Source: the human T2T-CHM13v2.0 reference genome, Homo sapiens. From it: a stretch of 64,000 bases of DNA. Made by a program: the position numbers and the translations under genes. The stretch lies in the NCBI RefSeq assembly GCF_009914755.1, contig NC_060925.1, one strand, 5' to 3'. Positions 1 through 21,778 of the stretch are shown piece by piece. The notes beneath the pieces were generated by a model, which was given only the letters and a program-made list of their open reading frames with translations, made no database searches and was not told the origin of the DNA. How positions within the stretch are numbered: position 1 is the stretch's first letter; each line of letters starts with the position of its first letter.

Positions 1-84
1 TCTCAAAATCCTGGCCTCAGGTGATCCACCCGCCTCGGCCTCCCAAAGTGCTGGGGTTACAGGTGTGAGCCACTGCAGCCAGCC

Positions 85-2500
<2,416 letters not shown>

Positions 2501-2507
2501 ATGTCTC

Positions 2508-3497
<990 letters not shown>

Positions 3498-4026
3498 TAG
3501 TAGAGACAGGGATTCACCATGTTGGCCAGGCTGGTCTCGAACTCCTGACCTCAAGTGTTCTGCCCGCCTTAGCTTCCCACAGTGCTGGGATTACAGGCGT
3601 GAGCCACTACACCCTACCGGAATATCTTTTTATTAGGGAAGAGGGTTGCTTTCTGGCTCACCTATAATCTTCTATAATTATTGACAATGACACTGCCTCT
3701 TGGATCATGTTTCCCTTGCTTGGTCCCTGGGTGAAGAGGACAGTCCCAGCGAGTGTATACATGGACTCCTGGTTCCCTATAATACTATGAGTTATGCTCC
3801 TTATCAACAGGATACCATGCTCTAGAGACAATGATTAGAAGTCTATCCTTTTGGCTGGGCGCCGTGACTCACGCCTGTAATCCCAGCACTTTGAGAGGCC
3901 GAGGCAGGCGGATCACGAGGTCAAGAGATCGAGACCATCCAGGCCAACGTGGTGAAACCCCGTCTCTACTAAAAATACAAAAATTAGCTGAGCATGGTGG
4001 TGCGTGCCTGTAGTCCCCGCTACTCA

Positions 4027-4167
<141 letters not shown>

Positions 4168-4703
4168 CTACCACAGCCAATGAGATGGCACAACTCCTAG
4201 GTCAGCAGATCAGACTCTTATTTAGAGTGAGACCCGTCTTCAAAAAAACAAACAAAAAACTCAAAAACTAGTGCAGCATGCTCTGATATTCTGCCCAGTC
4301 ATCAGCCCTGTGTGCATAAGGTTATTCATCACAGGATGGTTTGTGATAGCGTCAGTCTGGAAACAATTCAAATGTCTATTACTAAGGAAGGGACTGGTGA
4401 AATTAACTACAGAACATCCTCACCATGGAATACTAGGCAGCTGACAAACGAACAAACTCCACACACACACAAAACAAGAAAGCTCTTTATGGACTGACAT
4501 AAGCTACAAAATACATTGTTAAATGAAAAAGGCAAGATGCAGAACAGAGTATACTCTCCTTTGAGTAAAAGGGTGGAATAACATTTGATACTTGCTTTAT
4601 TTATATGAAATAGACACCTAGGAAACTAATAAAATTGACTTATAGTGGATGGATGAGGTGGACAATGGAATAAAGATAGAAGTAGAAGTAGCAGGGAGAC
4701 TTT

Positions 4704-4993
4704 GTTTATTTTGAGACAAGGGCTCACTGTTGCCCAGGCTGGAGTGTGGTGACACGATTGTGGCTCTCTACAGTCTTGACCTCCCAGGGTCCAGCGATCC
4801 TTCCACCTCAGCCTCCTGAGTAGTTGGGACTACAGGCACATGCCACCACACCTGGCTAATTTTTTGCTCATTTTTTAGAGACAAGGTCTCACTATATTGC
4901 CCAGGCTGGTCTTGAACTCATGGACTCAAGTAATCCTCCCGCCTTGGCCTCCGAAATTATTAGGATTACAGGTGTCAGCCACAGTGCCCAGCT
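4704..4993 (-). mobile_element. AluJ-like element
   Basis: Antisense Alu with a GAGACTT target-site duplication. Confidence 0.9.
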
Positions 4994-6415
4994 GAGACTT
5001 CTTAAGGGATATCAATTCTTTGAAGAAATAGTTGATTTCTTGAATGACGCGAATATATTACTTGGCCAAAATATTAAGTAGAAGAAAAAATGTGTTGAGT
5101 TAATGAAGGCTCTGTGTAACCCTAAGGAACTTATTTTCCCAATTCCCACCTCAGTTTCCCCAAATAAACTGGAGGACCACTGAGGGCTCCCCCTCTTTGG
5201 CTCCCAGACTTTGGGTACAGGCCCTTAGGACTCCAGTCTGTATCTCTGACCCCAGCCCTGACAGAGGTTCAGAAGGGGTCTGCCTCATTTCGTGTGCCTC
5301 CCTCCTCCTAAATCACAGTCAGGGCTGTCAGCACTTTAGTCCCTGTCCTGCTCCCTGGAGCCACTGAGCCAGGTGGAGAACACCTGGTCCTGCAGCGGAT
5401 GGAGAGAGAGAGATCACATGGAGGAGGCTAACTCAGCTCTGTGCTGTGCCTGGAGGTCGCGTCTGTACTCACTGCTCAGAGCACACTACTGCCAGGGTTG
5501 GGTCTGCAGTGGGGCCTTGGAGCTCTCTTTATATCTCACCCCTCACCTTCTAAATGGCAGGTTATGATTTCCTAATATGCTGTGACAGAGCTGAACCCTC
5601 CATCCCAGCTGCAGGCACCTGCCTCTGTGGAGTGGCTACTCTAGGCTAGGTACTTCAGCATATTCTCTCTTTTCATCCTCCTGCAGTCCAATTTGGCAGA
5701 TAAGGAAACTGAGGCCTAGGGAGGTTCTGGGCTCCTGCAGAGCTAGGGGAGGAGGAAGGAAGCAAAGACTAATCAGGCATCCCTTAATTGGACTTGCCTG
5801 GGAGGCAGGCACTGGGCCTGAGTAGAGGGTGCTGGGAGCTGAGTGTGGTCAGAATACAGGGAACAGAAAGGCTCAGGGTGACCAAGGCTGAATGGGGGTG
5901 GGGCAGGGTCCCTGAGGACAGGGCTGAAGCACTTGGACAACTGACTACAGTGGGGCATTTTCAGGTCTGGGCTTGTGGAGTGGACAGCTGAGGTCCCTGA
6001 GTGGGGGCACAGGATGGCTGGAGGGGTTGGGGAGAAGGTGGTGAACCTTGGAGGAATCCAGGAGGGAGATGATGTGACGTCATCTAGGGATGCAGGGGGT
6101 GCGAGAGGGGCAAGAAGCAGCAGCACTTGGTGACTGATGGGATATAGAGGTTAGGGAGAAGGCGGGGTGAGAGTGATGACTAACATTTATTGGACACTTT
6201 GTATGTGCGTGGCTCAGTAGCAAGTGTTTCCCATTTGTCACAGCACTTAATCCTCAAAACATCCTAATAGTGTTGGTTCTATTGTCACCCCCATCTAACA
6301 GATGGGGACTGTGACTCAGCGGTGAGAGTCTTAGCAGAGGTCACAAGCCAGTCCTCAAGTCCCTGGGAACCACTTGGTTCCCACCGTCATCTCCCCCGAG
6401 ATGCTAGGCTGTTTG

Positions 6416-6434
6416 TGTCCACCAGGGGGCAGAG
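6416..6434 (+). promoter_or_regulatory. Strong CTCF motif TGTCCACCAGGGGGCAGAG
   Basis: Near-consensus core CCACCAGGGGGC(A/G). Binding is not shown. Confidence 0.65.
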
Positions 6435-6595
6435 AGAGGCCGGGAATTTGAACGGGACCCACGTTTTCCTGTGCTTCCCTTAGCCTTGGCTGTGGTCAGA
6501 GATCTTGGTGATCAAGGAGTCTGACCCCCTAGTTCTCACTTTACCATAGGGTAAGCTGAGGCCCATGGAGGGACAGTGACCAGCTCAGGTGGTAG

Positions 6596-6607
6596 AACCA
6601 ATCAGAG
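6596..6607 (+). promoter_or_regulatory. NF-Y CCAAT box AACCAATCAGAG
   Basis: Matches RRCCAATCAG and sits in a locally CpG-enriched segment. Confidence 0.4.
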
Positions 6608-7116
6608 GCGGACGTGGGCCAGAGCCCAAGACTCCAACCCCCCAGCAGCTTAGACCCCAACCCTGGATCAGGTCACCCCAGCACCTGGGGGGTGGCAGCG
6701 GCGACGGGGGCCATGGATTCCGGCCCCAGCCTGTGAATTCCACAGACACCGCGGCTCCACACAACCCACACCCCACTGCACACAGAAAGGATACGGCTGA
6801 CGCTTCGTGAGCGAGGCTGGTTGTCACCAAGTCACTGGTGAAACTGGGAGAGCGCCCCTGGTGAGACGGTGTGAGGATTCATGCAAAGCACGTGACAGAG
6901 GGAGTTTCAGGAAGTGAAGCTGTCCTGTGTTGCTGCTGTTTTATTAGTAACAGCAAGCTGCCCAGGCCCACACGAGGCAGGTGTGTCTCATGAGTGTTCT
7001 ACGGGAGAGGAAGTGAGGCTTAGAGGCCCAAGCCAGGAGTGGAGGAGCTGCGGCTACGGGCTACGGTGCCCATGCCCACACCTGCCTCAGGAGCGCCCTC
7101 TTCCTTTGGATGATTC

Positions 7117-7387
7117 TTTTTTATAGACAGGGTCTTGCTCTGTCGCCCAAGCTGGAGTGCGGTGGTGCAATCATGGCTCCCTGCAGACTTGACCTCTTGG
7201 GCTCAGCTTCCCAAGTATCTGGACTACAAGCATGCACCACCACACCTGGCTGATTTTTAATTTTTTTGTAGAGATAGGGTCTTGCTATGTTGCCCAGGCT
7301 GGTCTTGAACTCCTGGACTCAAGTCCTCCTGCCTTGGCCTCCCAAAGTGCTGGGATTACAGGCGTGAGCCACCATGCCCACCCAGCC
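7117..7387 (-). mobile_element. AluJ-like element
   Basis: Antisense Alu flanked by the duplication GGATGATTCTTTT. Confidence 0.9.
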
Positions 7388-8890
7388 TGGATGATTCTTT
7401 TAGTCCGTCATTCATCCCATGAGCATTTGTGCCACATGTGCTCTGAGCCTGGTTCTGTGGTGGGCACTGGTGCCACCCTGGGCCCTGAGGTGCATGAGGG
7501 GGCGGAACAAATGGAAATTGAGGCAGGCTAGGCCTAGAGCCTGTGGGCTTCCTGGGACTGGGCACTGAGCAGTGAGCTCGGGAGACAGAAGGCTGAGCCC
7601 AAGGCTGTGGGCTTGTGCCACCTCTGCCTAACCAGGGTTTGTTTACCTTCCACCCAGAATCACATAATGGAGGTCCGTTCCTCCCCTGCACAGCATCCTG
7701 CCCTCAGGATAGCCTCAGGGCTACCCACACAGATGGGAGCTGCCTCATCTGGGGCCACTCCAGGGCCGGGGGTTCTGCTGGGAAGAAGGCTCCTACATCC
7801 TTGCCCCGCTGTCTGAAGCTGGTTTGGGCCAGTGAAGAGGAGCCTTCCCTGGCCGAACTCCTTTTGTCAGCCCAGGGAATATCCAGGTCAGGGGGTGGGG
7901 TTTGGCCTGGGGATCAGGGGCCCAGGGTCATGTTTGGGATTATCCTAACAGGCATTGCACCTGCATAAGACAGTGCAGGATGGGTCTGCACAAGACCATA
8001 TAGAGGAGAGGTGAGCGGGGTTGAAGGCCAGTCCACACCCTGCTCCACTTGGCACTGCTGGGGGCTGGAGCAGGGCTGTATCAGCCTAGAGGAAACAGGT
8101 TCTTATTTCTGAGTCATCATGAGCACCACATAGGTTGGCAGTGCCCTGATGGCAACAGTCCCTAAAGCGCAGGGGTGGAGCAAGGCTTGATGTTGGCCTG
8201 GAGCTCCAGGGCCAGTTGCTATTTGAATGAAAGAGTTGCAGCAAGCTGGTCTTTTCCCCAAACCCATGGCCCTCAGGTGTTGCTCAGGAGAAGGAGGGAT
8301 GGAATTGGCCATGGGCTACCACCTCAGGAGGCTGGACCTCTCAGAGGAGCTTCTAGTGCTTTGCTTAAGATATGTCCGCCAAGACCCATGCCAACACTCT
8401 TGGAGTCTCAGGGGCTCCTGACTTTTCATTCTCCCAGGCCCCAGTCCAGACTGACTCTCCCAAACGCCCATTGTGGATTATGTCCAAATTCCTTTGCAGG
8501 GCCATTTCTTGTTCACCACAGACACACCTGTGTCCAGAGTGCACATAAGACAAGCCACTGCTCTGAGGGGGAGCTCCTGGCTGGGGGGATTCCAGGACCT
8601 AGATCTGTGAAGCCACCTGCCTCGGACATCATGGAGGAGGATGGCAGTGTTCGGAGGCTCAGGAAGCGCAGCACCGTGCCCGGGTGGCAGTTGGCCTGGA
8701 GTCTATGCAATGTGGGGTGAACCAGGACCACTCTCTGGGACGTCCACCCAGGAGAGCCAGGAAGGTGTTCCAGGCTGGGCCCCAAGGCCTCTCTGTAGCC
8801 TCCTGAGGCCATGTAAGGACCCAACCTGTCCTGGCCCAGAAGTCAGATTCCTCAGCCAAGGAGTTGCAGGGACAAGGAGAGGTGGCCAGT

Positions 8891-9033
8891 GTGGTGGGAG
8901 GACGCCTTTGTTGGTGGGAGGACGCCTTTGTTGGTGGGAGGACGCCTTTGTTGGTGGGAAGACGCCTTTGTTGGTGGGAGGATGCCTTTGTTGGTGGGAG
9001 GACGCCTTTGTTGGTGGGAGGATGCCTTTGTTG
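8891..9033. repeat. Minisatellite, 7 x 20 bp TTGGTGGGAGGA(C/T)GCCTTTG
   Basis: Units start at 8891, 8911, 8931, 8951, 8971, 8991 and 9011, each with at most one substitution. Confidence 0.97.
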
Positions 9034-10580
9034 TAGGTATTTTCTCAACGGTGGGGCTGGGCTGCCTGCCAGGTGCCAGGGCGCGGCTCTGGCCTCCCGC
9101 TGCACAACCCACTTTGCCGCCAAGCCCTGTACCCGGCCCAGCAGCTCCTTCCCGCGCTTCCGCTGCCAGTCCCGGGAAAGTGAGAGGCAGGATGTGTTGG
9201 GCGGGCTGAGCAGGCTGGTTCCCAGCCCACCTGGCCTCATGCTTCTGGCAAGGATCCTGAGCCTAGACAGGAGAAGGGACTCACTCAGGGCCCTCTTGGT
9301 GCTTGGCATTTAGAACTGCATTCTTCCAATTAAAAAATATGTACAAACTTTTGCTCAATAAAATGTGATAAAACTGCAATGCTGAATATGAGCTCATACA
9401 CTTATTAGCTGTATGTCCACGAACAAGTTACTACTTATCTTCTCTTTAGCTCCATCTCTTTATTGAAAAGCGAGGACAAAAGAAGAAGAAAATGTAAAAA
9501 TGGGGATGATAGTTGTCCTACCTCATGGGACTATTATGAGGATTTAATGGGTCGTTACATGTAAAGCTCTCAGAACAGTCTTGCACGTGGTGAGGGCTAT
9601 GGAAATGTCTGCTGTGATCTTGAGCGTGATGGTGACCATCAGTGGGAACAATGCTAACCAAGAATCAGTGGCACAGAACAGAAATTCACTCAGGCAAGCT
9701 CCAGCTGAGAGCTTTTAATCACGTCTTCAGAGATGGCACATGGAACCCGAGGGTAGGGGCAGCCAGACTTCAAGAGGCCTGAGAACCAGGATCTGAAGAA
9801 TGAGAAGCCCGGAAGCTCCTCTCCGTCTCTGGGCCTCACTGTCTCCTATCCACCCTCTTTCTGCACATCTGCTTCACTCTTATACCTCTGAGCAGCACGA
9901 CTTCCCCCAGTTCTCTCATGGCCAAACATGGCTGGCTCTCAGGTCTCAGGTCAAGTAACCAGAGGAAGCACACTGGCTTCTCTGAATCCCAACAGCAAGA
10001 TTGTGGGACAGGGAACCCATTGCCCAATTTGGGTCATGCACCCACAGCCCATGGCTGAGGGGCCGCCAGGGACCAGTCCCGTGGTGCCGAGGGAGAGCCT
10101 ATAGGCTGGGCAGGCATCCCCAGGGGCATCTACTCCAATGGTGCTCTGGGCAGCAAAGAGACCAGTGTGCTAGTCCTGGTGTCACTGCAGGAGATCCCCA
10201 GTGTCGCTGGGCCCTTTTCCTCTTCTGTTCACTCTGTGATTGCTATAGTCCCTTGTCACAGCACTCAGGGTGTCTTAAAATTGTTTATGTGTCTGTTTTC
10301 CTCACTAGACTGTGATTTTCATTCATTCTCTCAATACAGTAATCACCAAGTACCAGCCATGTGCTCAGGATACAGAGATGAATCCAACTCAGTGCTTGCT
10401 GCCTCCGCAGAGGCTCAGTCTGGCTTGGCATGTGGTCATGTGAAACGGATCGTCTCCATGTCTGGTTTCTCCCAAACTCAGGTGCTAGAGACTTTGTTTC
10501 CCACAGCATTGACAGTGTCAAGATCCCACTCTTCATGAAGTTTACAAGACTCCTGAGCTGTTATGAAAAGTGAGCGTCCA

Positions 10581-13709
<3,129 letters not shown>

Positions 13710-13887
13710 TCAGTACAAACGCAGAATCAAGAAAGAGACACAGAAGATGCTATTAGAAGGATCATGGGTTGAAGGGGGTAGGACCAGAGGCGGAGACCAA
13801 TTAGGAGGCTGTTTGAACAGCCTAGAAGGGAGATGACCTGGCCTGAAGAGCAATGACAGCTGGAACAGGTGAGTTCTGGAATGGTAA

Positions 13888-14560
13888 GTGGTCAGGATGG
13901 TGTGGAAGATGTCCACATCCTAATCCCCAGAACCTGTGACTGTCATTTTAAATGACAAAAGGGACCTTGCAGATGTGACTAAATTAATGATCTAGAGATG
14001 AGGAGATTATTTTAGGTTATCCAGGGGCCCAGTGTAATCACAGGGGTCCTCCACAACAGTGAGTAGGAGGAAGGCAACATGACGGCAGACACAGAGATCC
14101 AAGTGATGTGGCTATAAGCCGAGGAATGCAGGCCACCTGGAAAAGCTGGAGGGCGGGGAGTGGACTCTCCCCCAGAGCCTCCAGAGGAACTGACCCCGCC
14201 GACAGCTTAAGTTTAGTGCACAAAATTCGTTTCAGATTTCTGATCACCACACCTGTAAGAACGATCCTAAATTTGTGTTGTGTTAAGCCATAAAGTTTGT
14301 GGTTAAGAGTTGTCCCTCACTATCTGTGGGGGATTGTTTCCAGGACCCCCTAAGTATGCCCAAATCCATATACTCAAGTCCTGAAGTAATGGCAGGTACA
14401 TGTGGAATCCACTGTATACACAGGCCTCGCATCCTGCAAACACTGTATTTGTGATCTGCGGTTGAAAAAAATCTGTGTCTAAGTGGACCCATGCACTTCA
14501 AACCCTTGTTGTTTAAGGGTCGATGGCATTTGTTACATCAACAATAGGAAGCCAATACAG
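13888..14560 (+). mobile_element. MLT1D-like MaLR LTR, interrupted by MER8
   Basis: GATGTCCACATCCTAATCCCCAGAACCTGTG...TTAAGCCA..GTTTGTGGT, ending TTTGTTAC..AATAGGAA..AATACA. Confidence 0.75.
14307..14525 (+). mobile_element. MER8 (Tigger-family) DNA-transposon fossil
   Basis: GTTGTCCCTC..GGGGGATTG..CCAGGACCCC through AAGTGGACCC..TTCAAACCC..AAGGGTC. Confidence 0.75.
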
Positions 14561-15623
14561 ATGGTTAAGACTTTGTGACCAGGTGGTTATCAAAGAAGGA
14601 AAGGGAGGGGTCCCAGAAAGGGTTGAGGAAGGGGTGAGGATTTTGGCTTGGGTGATGGGGCTGGCAGTGAGACTATTACAATCAGGACTGTGGATAGTGA
14701 GGAGGGGGTGGTTGGGGAATGGTGGGATGGTAACGTGTCCTGTCTTGGACATGGTGAGTCTGAAGTGTGCATGGGACATCCAGAAGGAAGGTCTGGAACC
14801 TAGGGCAGAACTTGAGAGTGATCAGTACACACAGGCTCCAATCTGAAAACTGCTGGGAGAACATGTGGCCAAGGACATGGGTTTCCTTTTTTGGCTCATA
14901 CTCTGTGATGTGAGACCAAAAGTCTCTCCTAAATGCAGCTGTTGGGCACTTAAACCACCCTCCTAGCACCCTTCCTTACTCACTTCCCTCTTTGACAGTG
15001 AATAGAAGCCACATAGACTCTTCCGAGGAGTACCCATGTGTCACTTCTGGGACAGGCAGCCTCACTCCTGCCAGGGCCGTGCAGGGCAGTCCACAGGCCA
15101 AAGGTCCAAGTAGATTCAGCGCTGCTGAGTTGCTTCTGGGTAAGCTCTGCTGGCTCCTGAAGAGCCACCCCTGTCCCACGGGTGCATGCGAAGACGCTTT
15201 TTAGTGTGTGAGCCAGTTTAACTCAAGCTATACCTGTGGACAGCACCAAGGTATTTCTGATAGTAACAGAAATATCTGAGGGGAATTTCCCATGGGTCAA
15301 ACTGAACATGCAAGCACTGAAGACAAAGGGCACGGGATAATAGTCACATATCATTAAAAAACAAACAAAAAAGCCTGCTCATCCTGCAGAACAGGTGGGA
15401 GCCAAAGCCTGAGAGTAGATGAGATCATTCAGGGAGGGCTTGCGGCCCAAGAGCAGAGGAGGGCCCAGGAAACCGATTTCTCTAAGGTGGGCAAAGTGAG
15501 GGACGGGGACCATGACATGTTCATCTTCATATACTCAGGGCTGATACACAGTAAAAACTCAAAGGATGCTTGATGAATGAATTCATTTCTATTTTATCTT
15601 CTGTAGGATATAAAAAGGAAAGA

Positions 15624-17945
<2,322 letters not shown>

Positions 17946-18910
17946 CAATAACTCTCTACCCTGTTTTTCCATTTTTCATAGGACTTCATACTGAAATTTT
18001 CTTTATTGCTTGTTACTTGCATTATTTTCTTTCTCCCTATGAGAATGTAAGCTGCATTTGGGCAGAAACCCTGTCTGTATTTTCCCAGCAGCAGAGCTAA
18101 GCCTGGCACTTAGTAGACACCAAAAAAACACTTGAATGAATGACTGAACAATTTAATTTCAATGTTATACTGAGGCAGCACAGCGCAGCACTTCAGAGCA
18201 ACGACTTTGGGGCCAGACCACCTGAGTTCACCAGCTCCCCATCTCCTGCCTGCATAAACTTGCACACATTGTCTTACTAATCTGTGTTTCAGTTTTGCCA
18301 TATGGAAAATGGGGTGGAGGGGGAGGATAGCAGTACCCATCCTTCAGTATTGTTATGAGGATTAAATGAGTTCACACATGTAAAGGGTTTGAAAGGGCTT
18401 GCCACAGAGCAAGCACTCAACATGTCCTCACTCTTATTATTCACTATTAATCATGAGTCCACTCAGTTGAATTATCAAAATTCATCTTTCATTGTTCTGC
18501 CCTCCATAGCTCCTCTTTTATCTTATTTTCATGTCTTTTATCAGTTTCCTGTGTTCTGGGAGACCATCTGAAGTTTGTTTTCTTTACTAAATTGATCTTC
18601 TGTGTTGGACCTGGCATTCGTTGCTTCCATGCAGTTTTAATTCAGCAGCCATGTCTTTAATCTTCTCCTAATCTCTTCTTATCCCAGATTATTCCAGTTG
18701 TAGGATTGCTGGTTCTAAGTGAATTATGTACCATCTTTTGAATCCTACTGAAACTTCAATCAGGTATCACCTACATTTTCTTCTATTATTTGCAACAGGT
18801 CTATTTTCAGAGGTAGGTACTCCTCTAAATCTTCAGAGAAAAGCTAAATCACAGTCTCTGCAACTGCAGACTGTGCCTTACCTAATCCTTCTGGAAGGAG
18901 GTCTCTACAA

Positions 18911-19021
18911 AGGGTGACTGATCATCTTGGTTTGCCCCCACTGAGGGGTTTCTCAGGACATGAGACTTTCAGTGCTAAGACTAGTAAATCCCAAGCCAAA
19001 CAGGATGACTTGGTAACCCCA
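18911..19021 (+). mobile_element. MER81 (hAT-Blackjack) MITE
   Basis: AGGGTGAC...GGTAACCC terminal inverted repeats; internal GAGGGGTTTC..GACTTTCAGTGCTAA. Confidence 0.7.
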
Positions 19022-19199
19022 CCTGTAGACAGTGTCAAGGAAGAGCTGTATTATATTAAGAAAAATGGTCTTCCAAATCTTTCACAAAAGGAGGAAACCA
19101 TTTTCTAGTATTTAGAATGACTAGCTCCTTCCAATTAGCATTTTAAAATGTGAAAGTCTCTTAGAAAGGGGGAAAAAAAAAAACCTGCTTCAACCCCAA

Positions 19200-20510
19200 G
19201 CCTCCCTTTAGCAACCCCCTCTCCTTCCTTTCCTAACTTAGACACTCACCACTTTCTCTCCTCCCATTCACTCCTCAAACCACTGGAATATGGCTTCCAT
19301 TTTCTAACCCTCAGCTGACCCCTCTTTTACCAAGGTTACCACTGATGTCATCACTAAGAACCAATGGATACTTCTCATTCCTTATTGTGCATGGCCCCTA
19401 CACACTTCCCTGCAGACCACTCCCTTCTCAAAGCTCTGTAAAATGCTCTGTTAATGTTCAAGGCTCTGCTCTAGATTGTTTCTCTTCTCACTACACCCCC
19501 TGCTCGAGTGACCTCATCTTCCACGGCTTCAAATACCGTCAATACTGATGACTCTGAGATCCCTATCTCCAGCCCAGAGTGCAATCTGGGCTCAACTCGA
19601 ATATCCAGTTCCATGAGGATTCTCTACAGATGCCTCAAACTCCCCAAGTCTCAAACTGAACTCATCCTCAACCCAAACCTGCTCCTCCTCCAGTGTTCTT
19701 ATCTTGGCCAAAGGACTTGGCCACTGTCTAATCAACTGTTCAAGTCAGAAACCTCAGCCTCATTCCTGACCCCTTCCCTTCCTTCACCTCCAACATTTCA
19801 TCAAGTCCTATAAATGCTACCTGCTAAATATCTAAACTGTCCCCTGCCTCTAGGCTGTCTGCAGCCAATCCATTCTCTGCATTGCACCAGAGTGATCTCT
19901 CCAGGAAACACGTCTGATGTTTTCTCGGGATTCATGGTTTACAGGGTCCTCTATGACCTGGGTCCTGCAGACCCCTCCTGCCTTTTCCCCGAACACTCTC
20001 CTACCTGGCTCCTGCCCATTATTCTCAGGTTTTTTGTTTGTTTGTTTGTTTGAGATGGAGTCTCACTCTGTTGCCCAAGCTGGAGTGCAGTGGCTGATTT
20101 TGGCTCACTGCAACCTCTGCCTCCTGGGCTCAAGCAATCCCCCTGCCTCAGCCTCGTGAGTTGCTGGGACTACAGGCACATGCCACCATGCCTGGTCTCG
20201 AACTCCTGACCTCAAACGATCCCCTCACCTCAGCCTCCCAAAGTGCTGGGATTACAGGCGTGAGCCTTGGTGCCAGGCCTCATGTTTTTTCAGATGCCAT
20301 TTCCTCAGGAAAGCCTTCCCAGACTCTTCTAGAACGAGTCAGGTAAAATCTTGTGTATTCCCTAAACGACTCTATTACAGCATTTATCATATTCACTGGG
20401 ATAGCATGCAAGACTCCAGCTCTCTGAAGACAGGAACTGTCTTGTTCACTGATATATCTCTAGCACCTAGAATAGTGAATGATAAGCACTCATTTAAGTC
20501 TGTTGAATTA
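19200..20510 (+). mobile_element. L2 fragment, interrupted by an internally deleted antisense Alu (20028-20280)
   Basis: Typical L2 phrases such as CTCAAACTC..AAACTGAACTCATC and TCTTGTTCACTG...AGCACCTAG. Confidence 0.7.
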
Positions 20511-21091
20511 ATAGGTATTCCTAATTATAAAGCTGTTTGACTCCTAAAGTCCTCTACTTGCCTTCATATTAGTCCAGAACTGGTTCAACTTACCACGTAC
20601 CTGATGAAAAATACAACTACTTTTTAATTCAAAATAACTAGAAGTGGCATAATCCAGTAAAAAGAACACTACTGCTAAACCAGGAGACCAGGGTTCCAGG
20701 CATAGCTCTGCTACTTACTAACTCTTTGTGTTGCTGTTGGTGACTTACTTAACCTCTCTGGGACTCACTTTCTCTGTCTGCTCAATTATGTGGCTAATCT
20801 GGATCAGAGATTTTCAAAGTGTGTCCCACAGCCGGGGGGCGGGGAAGGGGGTGGGCACTAAATCAGAGGGACCAGAAGACTGTGCACCCTACCCAGACCT
20901 GAAGCCAGTCTAGTTCAGTATATATTATATATTGCAATTCATGTATGACTTGGGAGAAGGAAAAAAAAAAAAGGATCCACAGCTAAAAACAAGTTTGAAA
21001 ACAACTGAAACATGATCACCGAATTCTCTGCACCCTTTACATGCTGATATTTAAAACAACAGAAAGCCACGAATGTAGTAAGAAGGTAGTT

Positions 21092-21778
21092 TTGCCGGGC
21101 ACGGTGGCTCACGCCTATAATCCCAGCATTTTGGGAGGCCAAGACGGGTGGATCACCTGAGATTTCAGGAGTTCGAAACCAGCCTGGCCAACATGGCGAA
21201 ACCCCATCTCTACTAAAAGTACAAAAATTAGCCGGAGGTTGCAGTGAACCGAGATCGCGCCATTGCACTCCAGCCTGGGCGACAGAGAGAGTCCATCTCA
21301 AAAAAAAAAAAAAAAAAAAAAAAAGAAGGTAGTTTCTAAAAAGCACTTGAAGAGTCTGACTGCCAAAGTTCAGAGAGAGTAAGCTGACACTTTTGTCTGC
21401 CATCAGGAACCCACCAGTCTCCAAGCAACTTGACTTCATTATGCAGATCCAGCAAGACACAGAGACATTTTTGAATCCACAAATAACTTCTATGTAAGTC
21501 TTTATACCTTGGAGCCGGACACAGTGGCTCACACCTATAATCCCAGCACTTTGGGAGGTCAAGACGGGAGCATCGCTTGAGACCAGGAGGTCAAGACCAG
21601 CCTGGGCAACATGGCAAAACCTCATTTCTACAAAAAAACAAAATTACCTGGGCATGGTGGCAGGTGCCTGTGGTCCCAACCTCCCTAGGCTAAGATGGGA
21701 GGATCACCTGCGCCCAGGAGTGCCACTGCACTCCAACCTGGGTGACAGAGTGAGACCCTGTCTCAAAAATATAAAAAG
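21092..21778 (+). mobile_element. Two internally deleted Alus (21092-21324, 21512-21778)
   Basis: TSDs AAGAAGGTAGTTT and AAGTCTTTATACCT. Confidence 0.9.

Noticed and set aside
6851-6866. Second, reverse CTCF-like motif (TCACCAGGGGCGCT)
   Set aside because: One G short in the core, which breaks the motif register.
8891-9033. CRISPR-like appearance of the direct repeats
   Set aside because: No spacers, and the context is eukaryotic; this is a plain VNTR.
8659-9309. 216-aa ATG ORF and overlapping ORFs across the minisatellite
   Set aside because: The stop-free 20-bp unit and high GC keep several frames open. No recognisable domain.
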